A model generated the notes under the pieces. It saw only the letters and a program-made list of their open reading frames with translations. It had not been told where the DNA came from and made no database searches. A program made the position numbers and the translations under genes. Shown here one piece after another: positions 37,936 through 47,276 of a DNA stretch of 64,000 nucleotides. The DNA comes from Candidatus Omnitrophota bacterium (GTDB taxonomy: Bacteria > Omnitrophota > Gorgyraeia > Gygaellales > JAQTUX01): assembly GCA_028707125.1 (NCBI GenBank), contig JAQTUX010000001.1, positions 468,142-532,141 on the forward strand. The letters are read 5' to 3'. The first letter of the stretch is position 1; each line of letters starts with the position of its first letter.

Positions 37936-40364
37936 GAGAGACAAAAGAATAAGTGATATATTTTTAGTTTTGTTCTCCATTTAGTTACGTGCAGGGAACT
38001 AAAGGTTTTTCCCGGTGTACCAACATCTATTTCTATGATTTCCAGACTATCTTTTTCAAAATCGTCAAAATCCGTCACGCACTTTTGAGCTCTATTGATT
38101 GTACCTACAAAGTCCTGATCTTTGAAAAAGGTTACCAAAAAAGCAAATTTCTGCTTGTCTGTCAAATTACCCAACAATTGTTTTTCTTTTGATTTGTAGT
38201 ATTCTTCGCCTTTCCAGACTAAACACTCACTAATAGCCTTTTCCTTATCAATCGCAATATGAATATCTGTTTTTCCTTCTCCGTGCTTGCTTTCTCGAGT
38301 TGCAGCTTCGCCAATTTGGGGAATATTTTGTAATTGCACTAACATAATATCTCTTAAATGTTCTTCACCCTGACTTCTGCAAGTGCCTCTTATTTCTTCA
38401 AGACGATTGCCCACGTTAAGCAAAGACTTAAAAACAAGTGTTTCGAAATCTTCTATTGGCGCTTCTTCATCTACATTATTCTTATCTAAGGGTGATCTTT
38501 GCGCTAGTAGCTGATTCTGATAATCAAGACGTAGTTCCTTAATCTCTTGATTACTCTTCAATTTTCTATAATCTTCTTGAAGCAATTTTTCTGCGATTTG
38601 CATCTCTTTTTGAAGACTTGACAATTTTGGTAATTCTTTAACTGCTTGTCTAAAAACTTCTACTGATAGATCAAATTGACCCCTGTCTCTCAATAACCAA
38701 CCTTTTCCTCTATAAGCCATTTCTTTTGTATTTGCATTTCCCTTAGCTATAATGTCATCAAATATAGATAAGGCCCTTTGATCTAATTCTTGTTTTTTTG
38801 CAGCATTTTCTGGCAGATCTCCTAATAATTTATAATATTCCGCTTCAAAAAGATTATTAAGTAATTTCGCATCAAAGGGGAGAAACTCTAGACACATTCT
38901 TGCTTGAGACTTCTTAGCTTCAATTTTTATATACGCGGCTAAATGAAGTAGAGATTTTCTTCGATAAATATCTTTCTTAGATTCATCGGATTCATTTTCG
39001 ATAAGAATTTGATACAATTTGTGACACGCAAGATCATAAACTTCAATATGGCTTGTAAGCAATAAATTATTTGCTGCTATTCCTATAGCTTCGATATTTT
39101 TTGGAAAGGACAAGTGGGATGAAATAGCCAAGAAAGCTAAACCTGAGTATAAGTTGCCTTCTAAGAAATACCCGCCGGCTTGAAAAGCTTTAGAAGCTCT
39201 AAATTGAAGGTAAACTAGTCTTTTACTATTGTTACTTACTAAACCATAACTAATAGCTTGTACCAAAAACAACTCCCCCAAAGACTTATAATAGAGCCTC
39301 TTTGCTTTAGTTGATTTCAATATACGAAGTGCATCCTTATAAAGAATAATTCTTTCTTTAAAAGAAACGTTTTGAGCATTTGCAAGTATTAACTTTGATA
39401 GAGCTTCGCAAATTTGAGATTTTTCAATGGCTGTCGGTTCTTTTTTGAATAATTCTGCTGCCTTAAGAAAAAGGGCTGATTTTTCTTTTGGGTCACCTGA
39501 ATGTCTTGCTTTTAGTTCTTCAATTGTTCCCTTGAGTTCATAAAGCAAGAATTTATCAGCAGTCTTTTCGGTTTCTCCACATGCTTCTTCTAAATATTGA
39601 ATTCGTTTATTGAAATCATTCTGAAAATACGAGGCGGCCCTCAGATAAGCAGATTTAACCTTCGCTAAACATTCAGGATTATCTGCTTTCTCGGCATGTT
39701 CACAAGCTTTTTTAAGCGCTGGAAGACATTCGGGAGAAAAAGAGCTATAATAATATAAAGAAGAATACAGGTAATGAAAACTCATGTACAAATTGAACTT
39801 TTTCTCGTCTCCTGCCTTACTATATTCTTCTGCACACTCCTTAAATAATTCACCCATCTTTTTTGTATCATGTTTCTTAGCTTCTGTAGTAATCTGTACT
39901 AACGCCTCGCACCGTTTTGCCTTTGCAATATGAATATCTTTCTGTGCTTGCAGATAATAATCACCATTTTTAGCAATTTCTTCTGGACTAAGCGATTTTA
40001 CTTTAGATAATTCATATGCTTCTTGTTCATAAAGCTTAGCTTTTTTGTGCTTATTTTTTTCTTCTCCTGCTAAATAAGCTAAATAAGCTGCCTTCATTGC
40101 ACGATAAAAGTTCTTGTCACCACTTTCCTTGAAAGCCTCTAAGCATTTAGCAAAATTTTCTTTTTTATTTTCTGGGGCATCGGCAGCAACTTTTGATAAG
40201 TAATACATGCCAAGCATTTGAAATCCGCTTTTTTTATCTCCAGCAGTTATATATAATTCATGGGCCTTGAAAAAATGAGGAATTCTCTCTAGGAAAGAAA
40301 TTTCATCTTTTTGTGCCAATTCTTGTTCTGCTTGCGCTTCTTTTAATAATTGCTCTTTAGTCAT
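37932..40364 (-). CDS. hypothetical protein (810 aa): N-terminal ~570-aa alpha-helical/TPR-like repeat region plus ~240-aa C-terminal domain with a possible nuclease-like acidic cluster
   Basis: Long AT-rich ORF driven by the right-IR promoter. C-terminal ...HGEGKTDIHIAIDKEKAISECLVWKGEEYY; the D..D.E.K reading is speculative. Confidence 0.5.
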   Translation of the reverse strand: MTKEQLLKEAQAEQELAQKDEISFLERIPHFFKAHELYITAGDKKSGFQMLGMYYLSKVAADAPENKKENFAKCLEAFKESGDKNFYRAMKAAYLAYLAGEEKNKHKKAKLYEQEAYELSKVKSLSPEEIAKNGDYYLQAQKDIHIAKAKRCEALVQITTEAKKHDTKKMGELFKECAEEYSKAGDEKKFNLYMSFHYLYSSLYYYSSFSPECLPALKKACEHAEKADNPECLAKVKSAYLRAASYFQNDFNKRIQYLEEACGETEKTADKFLLYELKGTIEELKARHSGDPKEKSALFLKAAELFKKEPTAIEKSQICEALSKLILANAQNVSFKERIILYKDALRILKSTKAKRLYYKSLGELFLVQAISYGLVSNNSKRLVYLQFRASKAFQAGGYFLEGNLYSGLAFLAISSHLSFPKNIEAIGIAANNLLLTSHIEVYDLACHKLYQILIENESDESKKDIYRRKSLLHLAAYIKIEAKKSQARMCLEFLPFDAKLLNNLFEAEYYKLLGDLPENAAKKQELDQRALSIFDDIIAKGNANTKEMAYRGKGWLLRDRGQFDLSVEVFRQAVKELPKLSSLQKEMQIAEKLLQEDYRKLKSNQEIKELRLDYQNQLLAQRSPLDKNNVDEEAPIEDFETLVFKSLLNVGNRLEEIRGTCRSQGEEHLRDIMLVQLQNIPQIGEAATRESKHGEGKTDIHIAIDKEKAISECLVWKGEEYYKSKEKQLLGNLTDKQKFAFLVTFFKDQDFVGTINRAQKCVTDFDDFEKDSLEIIEIDVGTPGKTFSSLHVTKWRTKLKIYHLFFCLS

Positions 40365-40379
40365 CTAAAAGGTAGTTTG

Positions 40380-40815
40380 TGAACTTTCGTTTTCATTGTA
40401 ACTCTTTTAATTTCAAGACGCAAGTATAGTTAGTATTAGTTCTGGTAAGGAGAATACTAAGTTTTCCACCAAGAAGCTCGGCATGCCGCACCGCCGAGCT
40501 TTTTTATTTGTTCATTGCGGCATGGTGGACGAGCCTGGATAGTTTTTTAGAAGGTTAAGCGAGGACACTGCGGCTGGGGCTGCCCCCACCCAGCCCCAGC
40601 CGCAAACCGAGCTGAACACGCATAGCATTAGTAAGAAGCGAGCGGCCTAGCGAGCGCCAAGCGAAGGCCTGCCCCAAGCCGAGCCGAACACGCATTGCAT
40701 TAGCAAGAAGCGAGCGGCCTAGCCCGCGGGGACTATTCTCTTGATTGATTTGTATGGTTGTAGTAGGATTGAATCGAGTAGGTTAATTGACAAACGGCCT
40801 TTTGGGCATTCCTCA
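40380..40815 (-). repeat. right inverted repeat of the module (with promoter TTGCGT-17-TACAAT on the minus strand at 40395-40423 and a terminator hairpin)
   Basis: Reverse complement of the left IR. Contains ctcggcatgccgcaccgccgag plus a T-tract. Confidence 0.85.
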
Positions 40816-40907
40816 GAAGCAGTGAGGAGGGAGTTTCCCGACCATCGTGTCACATAGGTCGGGATCCCGCCGAGTTACTATATAGCAGCGGGAGAACCCG
40901 AAAATAG

Positions 40908-40990
40908 TGCGGAAGGAGAGATTTGAACTCTCACAGGGTTACCCCCACAACGCCCTGAACGTTGCGTGTCTGCCATTCCACCACTTCCGC
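40908..40990 (-). tRNA. tRNA-Leu (anticodon CAG)
   Basis: Reverse complement reads GCGGAAGTGGTGGAATGGCAGACACGCAACGTTCAGGGCGTTGTGGGGGTAACCCTGTGAGAGTTCAAATCTCTCCTTCCGCA. Cloverleaf with long variable arm, anticodon loop TTCAGGG. Confidence 0.85.
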
Positions 40991-41089
40991 GTTTTCTTCC
41001 TGAACTATCCCGCATATTTTACCCCTTTTGTCCGTAATGTCAAAACAAAATGAATTGTAAGTTCCCTGTCCGGTTGGTATAATTAGGCC

Positions 41090-42046
41090 ATGTTTATCGC
41101 CTCGTTCAATAGCGTGTTTGCGGCGTGTTTTCAGGTATTTGTGCTGGGCTTCCTGGGATATATCTGCTTTAAGCGCCGGCTTGTGGATGATAACGGGCTT
41201 AATTTCATCAGCAAGTTGACAATAGAAGTGACCCTGCCGCTGCTCATATTTACCAGCATACTGCGTAATTTCAGTTTTTCCGCGTTTAATCTTTGGTGGC
41301 TCCTGCCTTTGATAGGCGTGGCAGTCAGCGTATGCGGTTTTTTTGTCTCTCTGCCTTTCTCTCCGTTTTTTAAGGCGGGGCAGGAGAGAAGGCAGTATAT
41401 GGCGCTGATAGGGTTTCAGAACGCCGGATACCTTATGATCATGTTTATCTCCTCATATTTTTCCGGCGCGGACAAAGAAAACATGCTGATACTTCTGTTT
41501 TTGTTTCTTCTGGGTTTTAATCTGCTTGTGTGGTCGTTCGGCGTCAGCTTTCTCACCGGCCGGAGCTTAAGGAGTTTTGAGCTGGGCAGTCTGTTCAGCC
41601 CTCCGGTTATTGCGGCGCTCTCAGGCCTTCTGGCGGTGCTGCTGGGTTTAAACAGGTATCTTCCCGGCCCGCTGATCCAGCCGTTTAAGATGTTAGGCGA
41701 CTGCACCTCGCCGCTGGCGCTGTTTATGATTGGAGGTAATCTGGCGCGGGTGAGACCGAAGGACTTAAACCCCAAGCTCATATCGCTGGCCTCCCTGGGA
41801 AAGCTGGTTATCCTGCCGTTTATCGCCCTGATACTCGTGGTAAATCTCAATCTTCCCCGCTTGTTGGGCTTGTTGATCCTGCTTGAGGCGGCTATGCCTC
41901 CGGCCGTATCCTCGTCGGTAATACTCAGGCATTATAAAAAAGAGGATATATTCGTCAGCCAGGGCATCTTCTTCGGCCACATATTAAGCGTCCTGACCGT
42001 GCCGCTTTTTTTGAGTTTGTATTTTATGCTTAGTGTGGTAAAATAA
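41090..42046 (+). CDS. AEC (auxin efflux carrier) family membrane transporter
   Basis: ~10 TM helices in a 5+5 arrangement with a central loop. Mem_trans-like N-terminus MFIASFNSVFAACFQVFVLGFLGY. Confidence 0.65.
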   Translation: MFIASFNSVFAACFQVFVLGFLGYICFKRRLVDDNGLNFISKLTIEVTLPLLIFTSILRNFSFSAFNLWWLLPLIGVAVSVCGFFVSLPFSPFFKAGQERRQYMALIGFQNAGYLMIMFISSYFSGADKENMLILLFLFLLGFNLLVWSFGVSFLTGRSLRSFELGSLFSPPVIAALSGLLAVLLGLNRYLPGPLIQPFKMLGDCTSPLALFMIGGNLARVRPKDLNPKLISLASLGKLVILPFIALILVVNLNLPRLLGLLILLEAAMPPAVSSSVILRHYKKEDIFVSQGIFFGHILSVLTVPLFLSLYFMLSVVK

Positions 42047-42054
42047 TCTCCCCT

Positions 42055-42507
42055 ATGGGTAAGGTCATAGCCACGAACAAAAAGGCATTAAGGGACTATT
42101 TTGTCGTCGAGACGCTTGAGGCGGGTATCGAGCTGAAGGGCTCCGAGGTAAAATCCGTGAGGGCGGCCAACGCCGACCTCAACGACGGCTATGCCAGGAT
42201 CGAGGGCGGGGAAGCCGTTCTTTATAATATGTACATAGCGCCTTATGTGGAGGCCTCTTATATGAACGTGGACCCTTTGAGGCCGAGGAGGCTTTTGCTT
42301 AAGAAGGCGCAGATAACGAAGTTGATGCAGCAGGCCTCGCAAAAGGGCTGCACGCTTATACCGCTTAGATTATATTTTTCAGACAGGGGCTTTGCCAAGA
42401 TAGAGCTTGCCGTATGCAAAGGCAAGAGGATGTTTGATAAGCGCCAGGCAATAAAGGAAAGGGAGGTTGGCCTGGCGATCAAACGCACTTTGCGCGCGAG
42501 GCGATAA
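42055..42507 (+). CDS. smpB: SsrA-binding protein
   Basis: KVIATNKKALRDYFV...GIELKGSEVKS...GYARIEGGEA; canonical SmpB, immediately upstream of ssrA. Confidence 0.9.
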   Translation: MGKVIATNKKALRDYFVVETLEAGIELKGSEVKSVRAANADLNDGYARIEGGEAVLYNMYIAPYVEASYMNVDPLRPRRLLLKKAQITKLMQQASQKGCTLIPLRLYFSDRGFAKIELAVCKGKRMFDKRQAIKEREVGLAIKRTLRARR

Positions 42508-42937
42508 TATGTTAGAATTGGGTAAGGAAAGGAGGGGGTGATCTGGTCTCGACCTGAGACGAGCCGGGTAAGAGCAGCATGCCGCGGACGCAGGGTAGGC
42601 CGCGTTAACAATCCTTGCACATATAAACGCTAACGAACAGTTGACGTTTAACGGGCTGATGAGCACAATGGAAGTGGTTCCTTCCACTTTTGTTGCGCCT
42701 CAGTTCGCGCTAAGCCTCGTTCGTTAATTAACGAACGAGCCTCTACTTAGCCCTGTCTGGGGGCTGGGATAGAGCGGTTACAGACTGGCTCCAATAGTTT
42801 GCCTTTGTAGTTGGGGCGAGATCTTAAAAGGCTGCTGTTCCGGCGATTCTGTTTATCGAAGCGGCGGAAAGTAAGCATAAAAGATAAACTAAGCATGTAG
42901 CGGCTTTTATCGGGCTGCTTGGGGACGCGGGTTCGAT

Positions 42938-43578
42938 CGGTAAAGGTCGACTCCCGAAGCAATTCGGGATGAAAAATCTGGCTTACATCAGGGAAACCCT
43001 AACGTAGAGACGAGGGCAACCCTGAGGGGTGATGAGCCCTGCAGAGACTGCCTCTTTTAAGAGGCGATAGGAGGCGATACCGTTGGAAGAAGTCGAGAAA
43101 GCGTATATCGCGGGAATCGTTGATGGCGAAGGGACTGTAACCTTGATGAAGCACCATAAAAATGAGACGCATATCCCTTTTGTTGGGATTGCTAATAATA
43201 ATTTGGGGCTTCTGAAGTGGATTAAGTCTCTGGTGGGCGGCAATATTTGTTCGAAGAAGAAAAGATTGCCGCATCACAATGATTCCTATGTCTTAAACAT
43301 AAGACAGGATAGGGCTTTACGTTTTCTCGGCGAAATAGGCGAATACCTGATCGTAAAGAAACCACAGGCAGAATTGATACTGCAGAAGTATAAGTCTGTC
43401 ACGCATCGTAACGGAAGATATACTCCTGCGTTGCTGCAAAAAAAGATGCAGTTGGTTGCCGAGATCAGAAGGCTTAACCAGCGGTAAATATATGCCTCTT
43501 ATAATATGCCAGGCTCCGTCAGGGATTTAGGCGGATGAAGAGATAGTCCACGCTATTTGGAAAACAAATAGATAAGTG
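42938..43578 (+). mobile_element. group I-like intron (641 nt) in the tmRNA T-loop, encoding a LAGLIDADG homing endonuclease
   Basis: Exon 1 ends in U that can pair with intron G in a P1 helix (exon UCGAU / intron GUCGA, loop cgguaaag). Intron ends in G. LAGLIDADG ORF sits inside. Exon junction restores TTCGATT T-loop. Confidence 0.65.
43083..43487 (+). CDS. LAGLIDADG-family homing endonuclease (single-motif, I-CreI-like size)
   Basis: KAYIAGIVDGEGTV motif near the N-terminus, 134 aa, basic C-terminus; intron-internal. TTG start with GGAGG RBS. Confidence 0.7.
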   Translation: MEEVEKAYIAGIVDGEGTVTLMKHHKNETHIPFVGIANNNLGLLKWIKSLVGGNICSKKKRLPHHNDSYVLNIRQDRALRFLGEIGEYLIVKKPQAELILQKYKSVTHRNGRYTPALLQKKMQLVAEIRRLNQR

Positions 43579-43591
43579 TCCCGCCACCTCC

Positions 43592-43635
43592 ACCAACTTT
43601 TTCCGACAAGGAAAAAGTTGGTGGATACTTAACGA
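43592..43635 (+). terminator. hairpin terminator overlapping the tmRNA CCA end
   Basis: ccaccaactttttccgacaaggaaaaagttggtgg forms a 13-bp stem. Confidence 0.5.
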
Positions 43636-43707
43636 GCGTAGCGCTGCGACAAGCAGCGCAGCGAGTTAAGTATCTTAAACGAGTGTAGTGCCTAACAAGA
43701 AAGCTTA

Positions 43708-44793
43708 ATGCATAATATCTTTAGAAATCGCGTATTCCTTTACTGCTGCCTGTTGCTTGCGGGCAGTTATTTGTTGACCGGCTGCGCCACTGTCCCTTCA
43801 CGCATTGAAGGTATGCCGCGTTATTCCCTTAACGGCACATCCTATCTTCCGCTCATATCCGTATGCGAGAAGATGGGCGTAAAGTGGGAATATGATACGC
43901 TCACGCGCCAGATCTCCCTTTATAAAAACAACCATACAGTTAAAATGGCGGTGGGCAGCAGCTGGATCCAGATAGACGGTTCTCCCCGGCGCATTGAAAT
44001 GCCTGTGCGGGCCTACAGGGGCATCGTGGTCATACCGCAGGGCCTGAGGACTTCCCTGTTCAGCTCGCTGTTTGAGGGGCCTGCTGCCCCGGCCAGGGCA
44101 AGGAGGATCAAAAGGATAGTGCTGGATGCCGGCCACGGCGGCAAGGACCCCGGGGCGATAGGAAGAGGGGGGTTAAGGGAGAAAGACGTGAACTTTGATA
44201 TCGTAAAGCGCTTGAAAAAGCGCCTTGAGTCCGAAGGCTTTGAAGTCATATTGACAAGGGCAAGTGATATCTTTATTACACTGGGCGAGCGCTCCCGTAT
44301 CGCCAACAGGTCGGGCGCGGACCTGTTCATAAGCATTCACAGTAACGCCAACCGTTCAAAGTATGTCAACGGTTTTGAAGTGTATTATCTTACCTCTACG
44401 GTGGACGATTCTAACCGGGCTTATACCACTGCCATGAATACCGCCTCTTCTCCCATGGACGGCGACATAGCTGTCCCGTCGGAGTCGCTCAGGGCCACGC
44501 TCTGGGACCTCTATTTTACCCAGAACCGCTCTGATTCAATAGGCCTGGCAAAGAGCATAACCAGGGAAGCGAACAAGTATATGGGGCTTAAGATACTGGG
44601 CGTAAAGGGCGCGAAGTTTTTTGTCCTGAAGGGCGCGCGCATGCCGGCGGTGCTGGTTGAGGTGGGTTTCCTCTCCAATAGTAAAGAGGAGCGTTTGCTC
44701 AGGAACGGATATTACAGGCAGCAGATCGCCGACAGCATTGCCGGCGGCATAATGAATTATGCTGATTCGGGATATTACCGGGGAGGGGCGTAG
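43708..44793 (+). CDS. N-acetylmuramoyl-L-alanine amidase (Amidase_3, AmiC-like) with N-terminal AMIN-like region
   Basis: RIVLDAGHGGKDPGA zinc-binding motif and SIHSNA motif. Confidence 0.8.
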   Translation: MHNIFRNRVFLYCCLLLAGSYLLTGCATVPSRIEGMPRYSLNGTSYLPLISVCEKMGVKWEYDTLTRQISLYKNNHTVKMAVGSSWIQIDGSPRRIEMPVRAYRGIVVIPQGLRTSLFSSLFEGPAAPARARRIKRIVLDAGHGGKDPGAIGRGGLREKDVNFDIVKRLKKRLESEGFEVILTRASDIFITLGERSRIANRSGADLFISIHSNANRSKYVNGFEVYYLTSTVDDSNRAYTTAMNTASSPMDGDIAVPSESLRATLWDLYFTQNRSDSIGLAKSITREANKYMGLKILGVKGAKFFVLKGARMPAVLVEVGFLSNSKEERLLRNGYYRQQIADSIAGGIMNYADSGYYRGGA

Positions 44794-44795
44794 GC

Positions 44796-45587
44796 TTGAG
44801 GCAGGCGATCGGGGTATTTGATTCAGGGGTAGGCGGGCTTACCGTAGCCAGGGAATTGATCCATCAGCTTCCCTGCGAGGACATTGTCTATTTCGGCGAC
44901 ACCGCCCGCGTGCCTTACGGCATAAAATCCAAAGAAACGGTAATAAGGTTTTCCGTTGAGAACACGCTGTTTTTGCTTAAACACGACGTAAAGCTTATCT
45001 GCGTTGCCTGTAATACCGCCTCCAGCGTAGCGCTGCCGGTGATCAAGGCGCATTTTAAGGTGCCGGTGGTAGGCGTCATATCTCCGGGAGTGAGAGAGGC
45101 GGTTTACGCCACGCAGAATAAACGCGTCGGCGTCATCGGCACGCGCGGCACCATAAGGAGCAGGTCATACGAATATGAAATAAAGCAGCTTGACCCTCAA
45201 GTCAAGGTGACCGCTGTTGCCTGCCCTTTATTTGTCCCTTTTGTGGAAGAGGGCTGGCTTTCCGGCGAAGTTGTGCTTAGTGTGGCCCGCGCGTATCTTA
45301 AGCCCTTGAAGGATGCCCGCGTAGACACGGTCATACTGGGCTGCACGCATTATCCCTTGCTTAAAGGCATCATTAAGGAAGTGCTGGGCAGGGAAGTCAC
45401 TTTGATAGATTCCGCCAAACAAGTCGCCATAGAAGTTAAAAAGATATTGATCCAGGACGGCCTGTTAAATAAAGGCCGGGGCGGCAGGCATAATTTTTTC
45501 GTGAGCGATAACCCGGAATGGTTCAGCGGACTGGCAGAGACATTTCTGGGCAGGAAGATCAATAATGTGGAAATGGTGAGGGTATAG
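44796..45587 (+). CDS. murI: glutamate racemase
   Basis: IGVFDSGVGGLTV N-terminus, catalytic Cys motifs VACNTAS and GCTHYP. Confidence 0.85.
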   Translation: MRQAIGVFDSGVGGLTVARELIHQLPCEDIVYFGDTARVPYGIKSKETVIRFSVENTLFLLKHDVKLICVACNTASSVALPVIKAHFKVPVVGVISPGVREAVYATQNKRVGVIGTRGTIRSRSYEYEIKQLDPQVKVTAVACPLFVPFVEEGWLSGEVVLSVARAYLKPLKDARVDTVILGCTHYPLLKGIIKEVLGREVTLIDSAKQVAIEVKKILIQDGLLNKGRGGRHNFFVSDNPEWFSGLAETFLGRKINNVEMVRV

Positions 45588-45589
45588 TA

Positions 45590-45961
45590 ATGCCGTTTGA
45601 ATTAAGGATTGAAGACAGCTTCAGTTCGGCGCACAACCTCAAGGGATATCGCGGCAGGTGCGAGGACCTGCACGGCCACAACTGGAAGGTTGAGATCCGT
45701 GTTGCCGCCGATAAACTGGATAACGTGGGCCTGGCCATTGACTTCAGGTCGCTGAAGAAGATACTTAAGGATACCCTCGACGGGCTCGACCATAAATACC
45801 TCAACAGGATCCCCTATTTCAGGAAGCATAACCCCAGCTCAGAGAACATAGCCAGGTATATTTATGAAGAGCTTTTCGCGCGCCTGCGGCGTAAAGGCGT
45901 CCTGCTGAAACAGGCGCGGGTCTGGGAGAGCGAGAACGCCTCTGCGATCTATTCTCCATGA
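45590..45961 (+). CDS. queD: 6-carboxy-5,6,7,8-tetrahydropterin synthase
   Basis: CEDLHGHNWKVEI zinc-binding motif, ~120 aa, heads the queDCEF cluster. Confidence 0.8.
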   Translation: MPFELRIEDSFSSAHNLKGYRGRCEDLHGHNWKVEIRVAADKLDNVGLAIDFRSLKKILKDTLDGLDHKYLNRIPYFRKHNPSSENIARYIYEELFARLRRKGVLLKQARVWESENASAIYSP

Positions 45962-46614
45962 AGAAGGCGATAGTCCTGCTTTCGGGCGGGCTTGATTCTG
46001 CCACAACTCTTTTTATAGCCGGGGCAAGGGGTTTTAGCCCTCAAGCGCTGATCTTTGATTACGGCCAGAGGCACAGGCGCGAGATCGGATCCGCGAAGAA
46101 GATCTGCCGCCTCGCTAAATGCCCATATACAATAATGAAGATCAGCATGCCCTGGAAGGGCTCGGCTCTGCTGGATAGGAAAATACGGATAAGGAAAACA
46201 GGGGTTTGCCCGGGGATCCCCGCCACATACGTCCCTTCCAGAAACCTGATCTTTTTGAGTTTCGCCGCCTCATACGCGGAGGCATCCGGCGCGGATGCGG
46301 TATTCATCGGCGCCAACGAGATAGATTTTTCCGGTTACCCGGATTGCAGGAAGAGTTTTTTCAGGGCGCTTGAGCGGGTATTCAGGGCCGGGACAAAAAA
46401 AGGGGTTGAAGGCAAGCCCTTAAAGATAATCGCGCCTTTAATAAATAAAAGCAAGGCCGAGATCATAAAGATCGGGACGCGGCTGGGCGTGCCTTATGAG
46501 TTTACTTCTTCCTGTTACATCGGCAAGGCCGGTCCCTGCGGGAAATGCGACAGCTGCCGCTTGCGGGCAAAGGGTTTCAGAGAGGCAGGGGCCAAGGATC
46601 CATTATTGAGATGA
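45958..46614 (+). CDS. queC: 7-cyano-7-deazaguanine synthase
   Basis: PP-loop KAIVLLSGGLDS and C-terminal zinc Cys cluster CGKCDSC. Confidence 0.85.
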   Translation: MKKAIVLLSGGLDSATTLFIAGARGFSPQALIFDYGQRHRREIGSAKKICRLAKCPYTIMKISMPWKGSALLDRKIRIRKTGVCPGIPATYVPSRNLIFLSFAASYAEASGADAVFIGANEIDFSGYPDCRKSFFRALERVFRAGTKKGVEGKPLKIIAPLINKSKAEIIKIGTRLGVPYEFTSSCYIGKAGPCGKCDSCRLRAKGFREAGAKDPLLR

Positions 46615-47276
46615 TCGCGAAAATAGCGGAGATTTTTGAGAGCATTCAGGGAGAGGGGCTGTATCAGGGCAAGCGGCAGATATTTGTGCGTTTTTTCGGC
46701 TGTGGCCTTAACTGCCGCTTTTGCGATACAGCGCCGGCTTCTTTTAAGGAATTTTCCGCCTCTGCTCTGGCTGTTGAAGTGTCCGGCTTTGAAGGCAGGT
46801 TTCACAGCGTATCGCTTACCGGAGGCGAGCCGCTTGAACAGACGCCTTTCCTGAAGGAACTCTTGAAGCATCTCAAGCCGCTGGGCCATAATATTTTTCT
46901 GGAAACAAACGGCATATTATACGAGGAGCTGCGCGGAATGATCGACGATATAGATATTGTCTCAATGGATTTTAAGCTGCCGTCTTCTACCGGCTGCCGG
47001 CCGGTGTGGCAGGAGCACAGCAGGTTTCTTGAAATAGCGCGGAAAAAAAACGCCTACGTCAAAGCGGTTATCTGCCGCGATACAGAGGGGCAGGACCTGA
47101 ACAAGGCGGTAGATATCATCGCGGAGATAGACAGGGACATACCGCTTGTGCTTCAGGAGAATTTCTACGAGGCGGGCTTAGAGGACAAGATATCGAGATA
47201 CAGGGAGATCGCTGCCAGCCGCCTATCCAACGTAACAAGCGGGATACAGGCGCACAAACTGCTGGGGGTCAGGTAA
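46611..47276 (+). CDS. queE: 7-carboxy-7-deazaguanine synthase (radical SAM)
   Basis: FESIQGEG...FVRFFGCGLNCRFCDT motif. Start at the Met inside the ORF beginning at 46545. Confidence 0.8.
   Translation: MIAKIAEIFESIQGEGLYQGKRQIFVRFFGCGLNCRFCDTAPASFKEFSASALAVEVSGFEGRFHSVSLTGGEPLEQTPFLKELLKHLKPLGHNIFLETNGILYEELRGMIDDIDIVSMDFKLPSSTGCRPVWQEHSRFLEIARKKNAYVKAVICRDTEGQDLNKAVDIIAEIDRDIPLVLQENFYEAGLEDKISRYREIAASRLSNVTSGIQAHKLLGVR

Larger units (their letters stand above)
42534..43595 (+). ncRNA. ssrA: tmRNA (ssrA) interrupted in the T-loop by an intron; exon 1 42534-42937, exon 2 43579-43595
   Basis: 5' GGGGGTGATCTGGTCTCGAC and 3' ...AAGCATGTAG...GGACGCGGGTTCGAT | TCCCGCCACCTCCACCA both align to the bacterial tmRNA consensus. 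T-arm GCGGG/CCCGC and acceptor GGGGGTG/CACCTCC form only after removing 42938-43578. Confidence 0.75.

Noticed and set aside
36331-40815. The inverted repeats read as a phase-variable invertible DNA switch.
   Set aside because: Both IRs contain identical inward promoters and terminators, so inversion of the core would be functionally silent, and no recombinase gene is nearby.
42620-42730. Attempt to read the tmRNA tag-peptide frame.
   Set aside because: There is a hairpin (cgttcgttaa|ttaacgaacg) with a TAA in its loop, as in other tmRNAs. Yet no frame gives a convincing A...AA-ending tag by eye. I do not report the tag sequence.
42938-43578. The interruption of ssrA interpreted as a genomic-island integration at the tmRNA 3' end.
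   Set aside because: The displaced 3' piece lies only 641 nt away. The intervening sequence starts after a U and ends with G, with a P1-like pairing. It encodes a LAGLIDADG protein, and excision restores a perfect T-arm. An intron fits better than an integrase-mediated island, and no integrase or att duplication is present.
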